Below, one piece after another: positions 61,093 to 64,000 of a stretch of 64,000 bases of DNA. The position numbers were made by a program, and so were the translations under genes. This DNA is from Lama guanicoe (Eukaryota), in the NCBI GenBank assembly GCA_013239625.1, contig MU053994.1, positions 1,491,775 to 1,555,774 on the forward strand, read 5' to 3'. Every line of letters begins with the position of its first letter. Position 1 is the stretch's first letter. Below the pieces are notes generated by a model. That model saw nothing but the letters and a program-made list of their open reading frames with translations, made no database searches and had not been told where the DNA came from.

Positions 61093-63192
61093 ATGCTCAC
61101 CCACTGGAGCATTTGTAAGCCCCTCTCTTAAACACACATCAACCCAGAGGCAGTGTTGCTCAAGGCCTTCGGGCAGCTCCTTCTCTGTGCTTCTAGAACC
61201 TGCCACTTTATCTGCTGCCCTGTTCTCTTCCAATCCCTTTGAGGCTTCAAAAAAGAGGTCTAAGAAACTGCTAACACCTCCGTGGGAGTTCCCTACACTA
61301 CAAACTGGGAACCCTAGGAGGCCCTGGGCATCAAGGGAGGTGATGTCAGAGGCAGGCAGAGTAAATGCTCTTGGGGCTCAAGGTGTGAAGTCCTCTGCAG
61401 GTGGAAGACATTCTTTTTTAAAAGCTCAGGGGAAGTATTTCTTTCTCGTTGTCATGTTGGATACTGTAACACAGAGGTGTGTGTAGGGAGAAGAGCTATT
61501 TAGGGGCTGACACCCCATCAGAGGGCACCCCTTCCCCTGCCCAAGTGGAAAACCTCTGGCCCCATATGGCCTCTGGCTCAGCCTCACTCTCCCAGGCAGC
61601 TCATTCCAGACCAATGTGCAGCCCTGGGTAAATGTAGGCAAGTCTCAATCCGCATCCTTGAACAAGTCCATCCCATCTCCAGGCTTCACGAAGGGAACTT
61701 CATCTTTCACAGAGACCTGTTAGTGCGTGCGAGTATGTCAAAGGCTTTGTGTTCTAAAATCGCACATCTTAGGTGACTCAGTGCTGTCACCAAGTTTCTG
61801 GCTCTTTGGAGTTGAGTCCCGGAGGTTGTACAGTGCAGGAACCCATCCATGTCATTCTGCATCTCTCTCTGGAGTGGTGGCAGTTTCTCTGAAGATGTCT
61901 CTGTTTTTTCCTCCATAATGGGGTCTCCTGGAGCCTGGGGTTGTCATCTTATTTATCTGTACGTCTCTTGAGCCTTCCTCTCAGAGCGGCCCCAGTAGCT
62001 GTTGCATTAATGACAAATGAACGCATAGACCAAGAAGGAAGATAAAGCTTTCCTGGGGTCAAAGGCAGGGCTGAAAAAGAGATGGACACAATCATAGCCT
62101 TCACTTTCTGGCGGAAGACCCACCGCGACGTCCTGTGGTCCTGAGTTACACCACACTCTCCTGCACACGCTGAGTCCCACAGCTGCCTTCCTAGTTACCG
62201 TGTCCCTATGGCCAGGGCCGCTTCCTGTGTTCGATTTAGATCTATCAATAGAACACACTCGGAGAGCTCCACTTTGTGCTTCCTTCTTCCCTCGGCGCTA
62301 ACGACACGAATGTCCTTATTACAGCCACACACAAGGCCCCGATCTCCCGCTCTCTCTGCCAGATTCATTCTGGGCTGTAGGAACCGGTTATCTATGTGGG
62401 TCTTTTTTTTTTGCCAAAAAGCAGAGATTATACTTGTCTCCACTCTCTCCCAATCCTGACTTTAGATCAGCGGAGTTTGAGCCTCCCTTTTGATCTATGC
62501 ACTTCCATGTCCTTTTTCCTTATTCTTCCATAGGACATTTCTTCCTATCTCTCTCTCTCTCAGATTGCAACCCCCTTATCCCTTATCACATGTTTTAAGG
62601 AACAAGGAACCAAGGACAGGGAGATGCTACTAAATGGGATCAGGATGAGGCTGCCTCTGTGTCCCCGGGTCTCTAGATGATGCTAAGGACAGGAGAGAGC
62701 CGTGTTTGCATTGTCTGTCTGTTGGGAGAAGCACCATCTGTGTGTGGGGAGAGCGCGTGAACTGGGAGCCTGCCAAATGGGATGAAGGGAGGGGAGGGCG
62801 CAGGGTGTACCATCTCAAACCCCATAGCTTCTGCCCCTGGGCCAGCTGATGAGCCCAGAGCTCCCGGCCGCGCGGCTGCCTGGGCTGGCTGTGTGCATTC
62901 ATGCTGAAGCATCGCCTTTTTCTCCTTGAGTGCCTGCCATTCAAAACCACCAGGATATTAAAGACACATATACACACATTGGTGTTTCCAGCTGTGCCAG
63001 AGCCTGGAGCACATGAGCTCCCAGAAGCCAACCTCCACTGGCTCAGACCAGGGTGGACTGAGGGCTGTGAAGGAGCTGGGGGTAGAACTGAAGGAAGCAG
63101 CTGATAGCCAAGGAGTCAGTGTGTACAAGCTTCCTAGTGGCTCAGCCTCTCCAGCTCTGGAAGAGGACTTACACTCTTCACTTGTCTTACAC

Positions 63193-63262
63193 AATCTCTA
63201 GGTCCATCCATGTCGCTGCAAATGGCATTACTTTATTCTTTTTTATGGCTAAATAGTATTCT

Positions 63263-63297
<35 letters not shown>

Positions 63298-63727
63298 CAT
63301 CTTCTTTATCCAGTCATCTGTCGATGGACATTTAGGTTGCTTCCATTTCTTGGCTATTGTAAATAGTGCTGCTGTGAACATTGGGGTGCACGTATCTTTT
63401 CAAATTCGAATTCTCTCTGGATATATGTCCAGGAGTGGGATTGCTAGATCATAGGGTGAGCCTATTTTCAGTTTTTTGAGGAATCTCCATACTGTTTTCC
63501 ACAGTGGCTGCACCAAACTACATTCCCACAAACAGCGTAGGAGGGTTCCCTTTTCTCCACAGCCTCTCCAGCATTTGTCATTTGTGGACTTTTGAATGAT
63601 GGCCACTCTGACTGGTGTGAGGTGATACCTCATTGTAGTTTTGATTTGCATTTTCCTGATAATTAGTGATACTGAGCATTTTTTTTCATGTGCCTATTGG
63701 TCATTTATATGTCTTCATCGGAGAAAT
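63193..63727 (-). mobile_element. Younger LINE-1 ORF2 C-terminal fragment lacking the distal 3'UTR and poly(A)
   Basis: Minus ORFs 63400-63651 ([51 protein letters not shown]) and 63187-63381 (MFTAALFTIAKKWKQPKCPSTDDWIKKM..FAATWMDLE) match the L1 ORF2 cysteine-rich C-terminus. A (TG)n run sits inside. Confidence 0.95.
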
Positions 63728-63834
63728 TCAACCAAATGCATTTTGCAACATAAGGTTATGATGTCAAATGACTGCCATGATTCATGAAGGAAGACTTCTG
63801 TATGAGCTCTCATCAAACACTATTACCCCTTGAT

Positions 63835-64000
63835 CTCTGAAACTGAAACCAAATAGGTACTTCAAATAGAGGGGATTTAAAACAGGGCACTGGTTACCCT
63901 GGTATTGGAAGGCTGAAAGAGACAAAAGAAGGTAAAACAACTGAAAGATTAGAAACTGCAGGAAGCAGCTACCACCCGTAAAGCTTGCAGGATAAAACAG
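63835..64000 (-). mobile_element. Ancient ERVL-type LTR (LTR67B-like), runs off the window
   Basis: gaaaccaaataggtacttcaaatagaggggatttaaaacaggg..gcaggaagcagctaccaccc. Similar to 15421-15915. Confidence 0.6.

Noticed and set aside
1..64000. CRISPR array, operon or other prokaryotic/viral system
   Set aside because: The sequence is mammalian repeat-rich DNA with no regularly spaced repeats, no gene-dense ORFs and no recognisable viral coding remnants.

Overview
Mammalian, repeat-rich, apparently non-coding DNA with no CpG island and no recognisable protein-coding exon. The only ORFs with identifiable protein similarity are LINE-1 ORF2 C-terminal fragments. Two tRNA(Ala)-derived SINEs resemble the camelid Vic-1 family, and there are no Alu, B1/B2 or Bov-type SINEs, so a camelid genome (alpaca/llama/camel) is likely. 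The window is packed with ancient eutherian elements: L2, MIR, L1M, MaLR MLT1, ERVL LTR33/LTR16-like, MLT2 and MER5. It also holds a few younger L1 and ERV1 insertions with visible target-site duplications (TSDs). LTRs and L1s lie mostly on the minus strand, which hints at an intron of a plus-strand transcription unit. Repeat-free islands carry PBX/HOX/MEIS-, FOX- and CTCF-like motifs. The most specific oddities are: a 66/67-identical inverted templated insertion inside an old LTR; a 25-nt tailless U6 snRNA retrocopy with a 14-bp TSD; an 86-bp polyadenylated LTR-like micro-retrocopy with a 15-bp TSD; and a 17-bp inverted repeat built from forkhead palindromes. I found no evidence for a new multi-gene system. 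Repeat subfamily names come from recalled consensus sequences, and the boundaries of old repeats are approximate.
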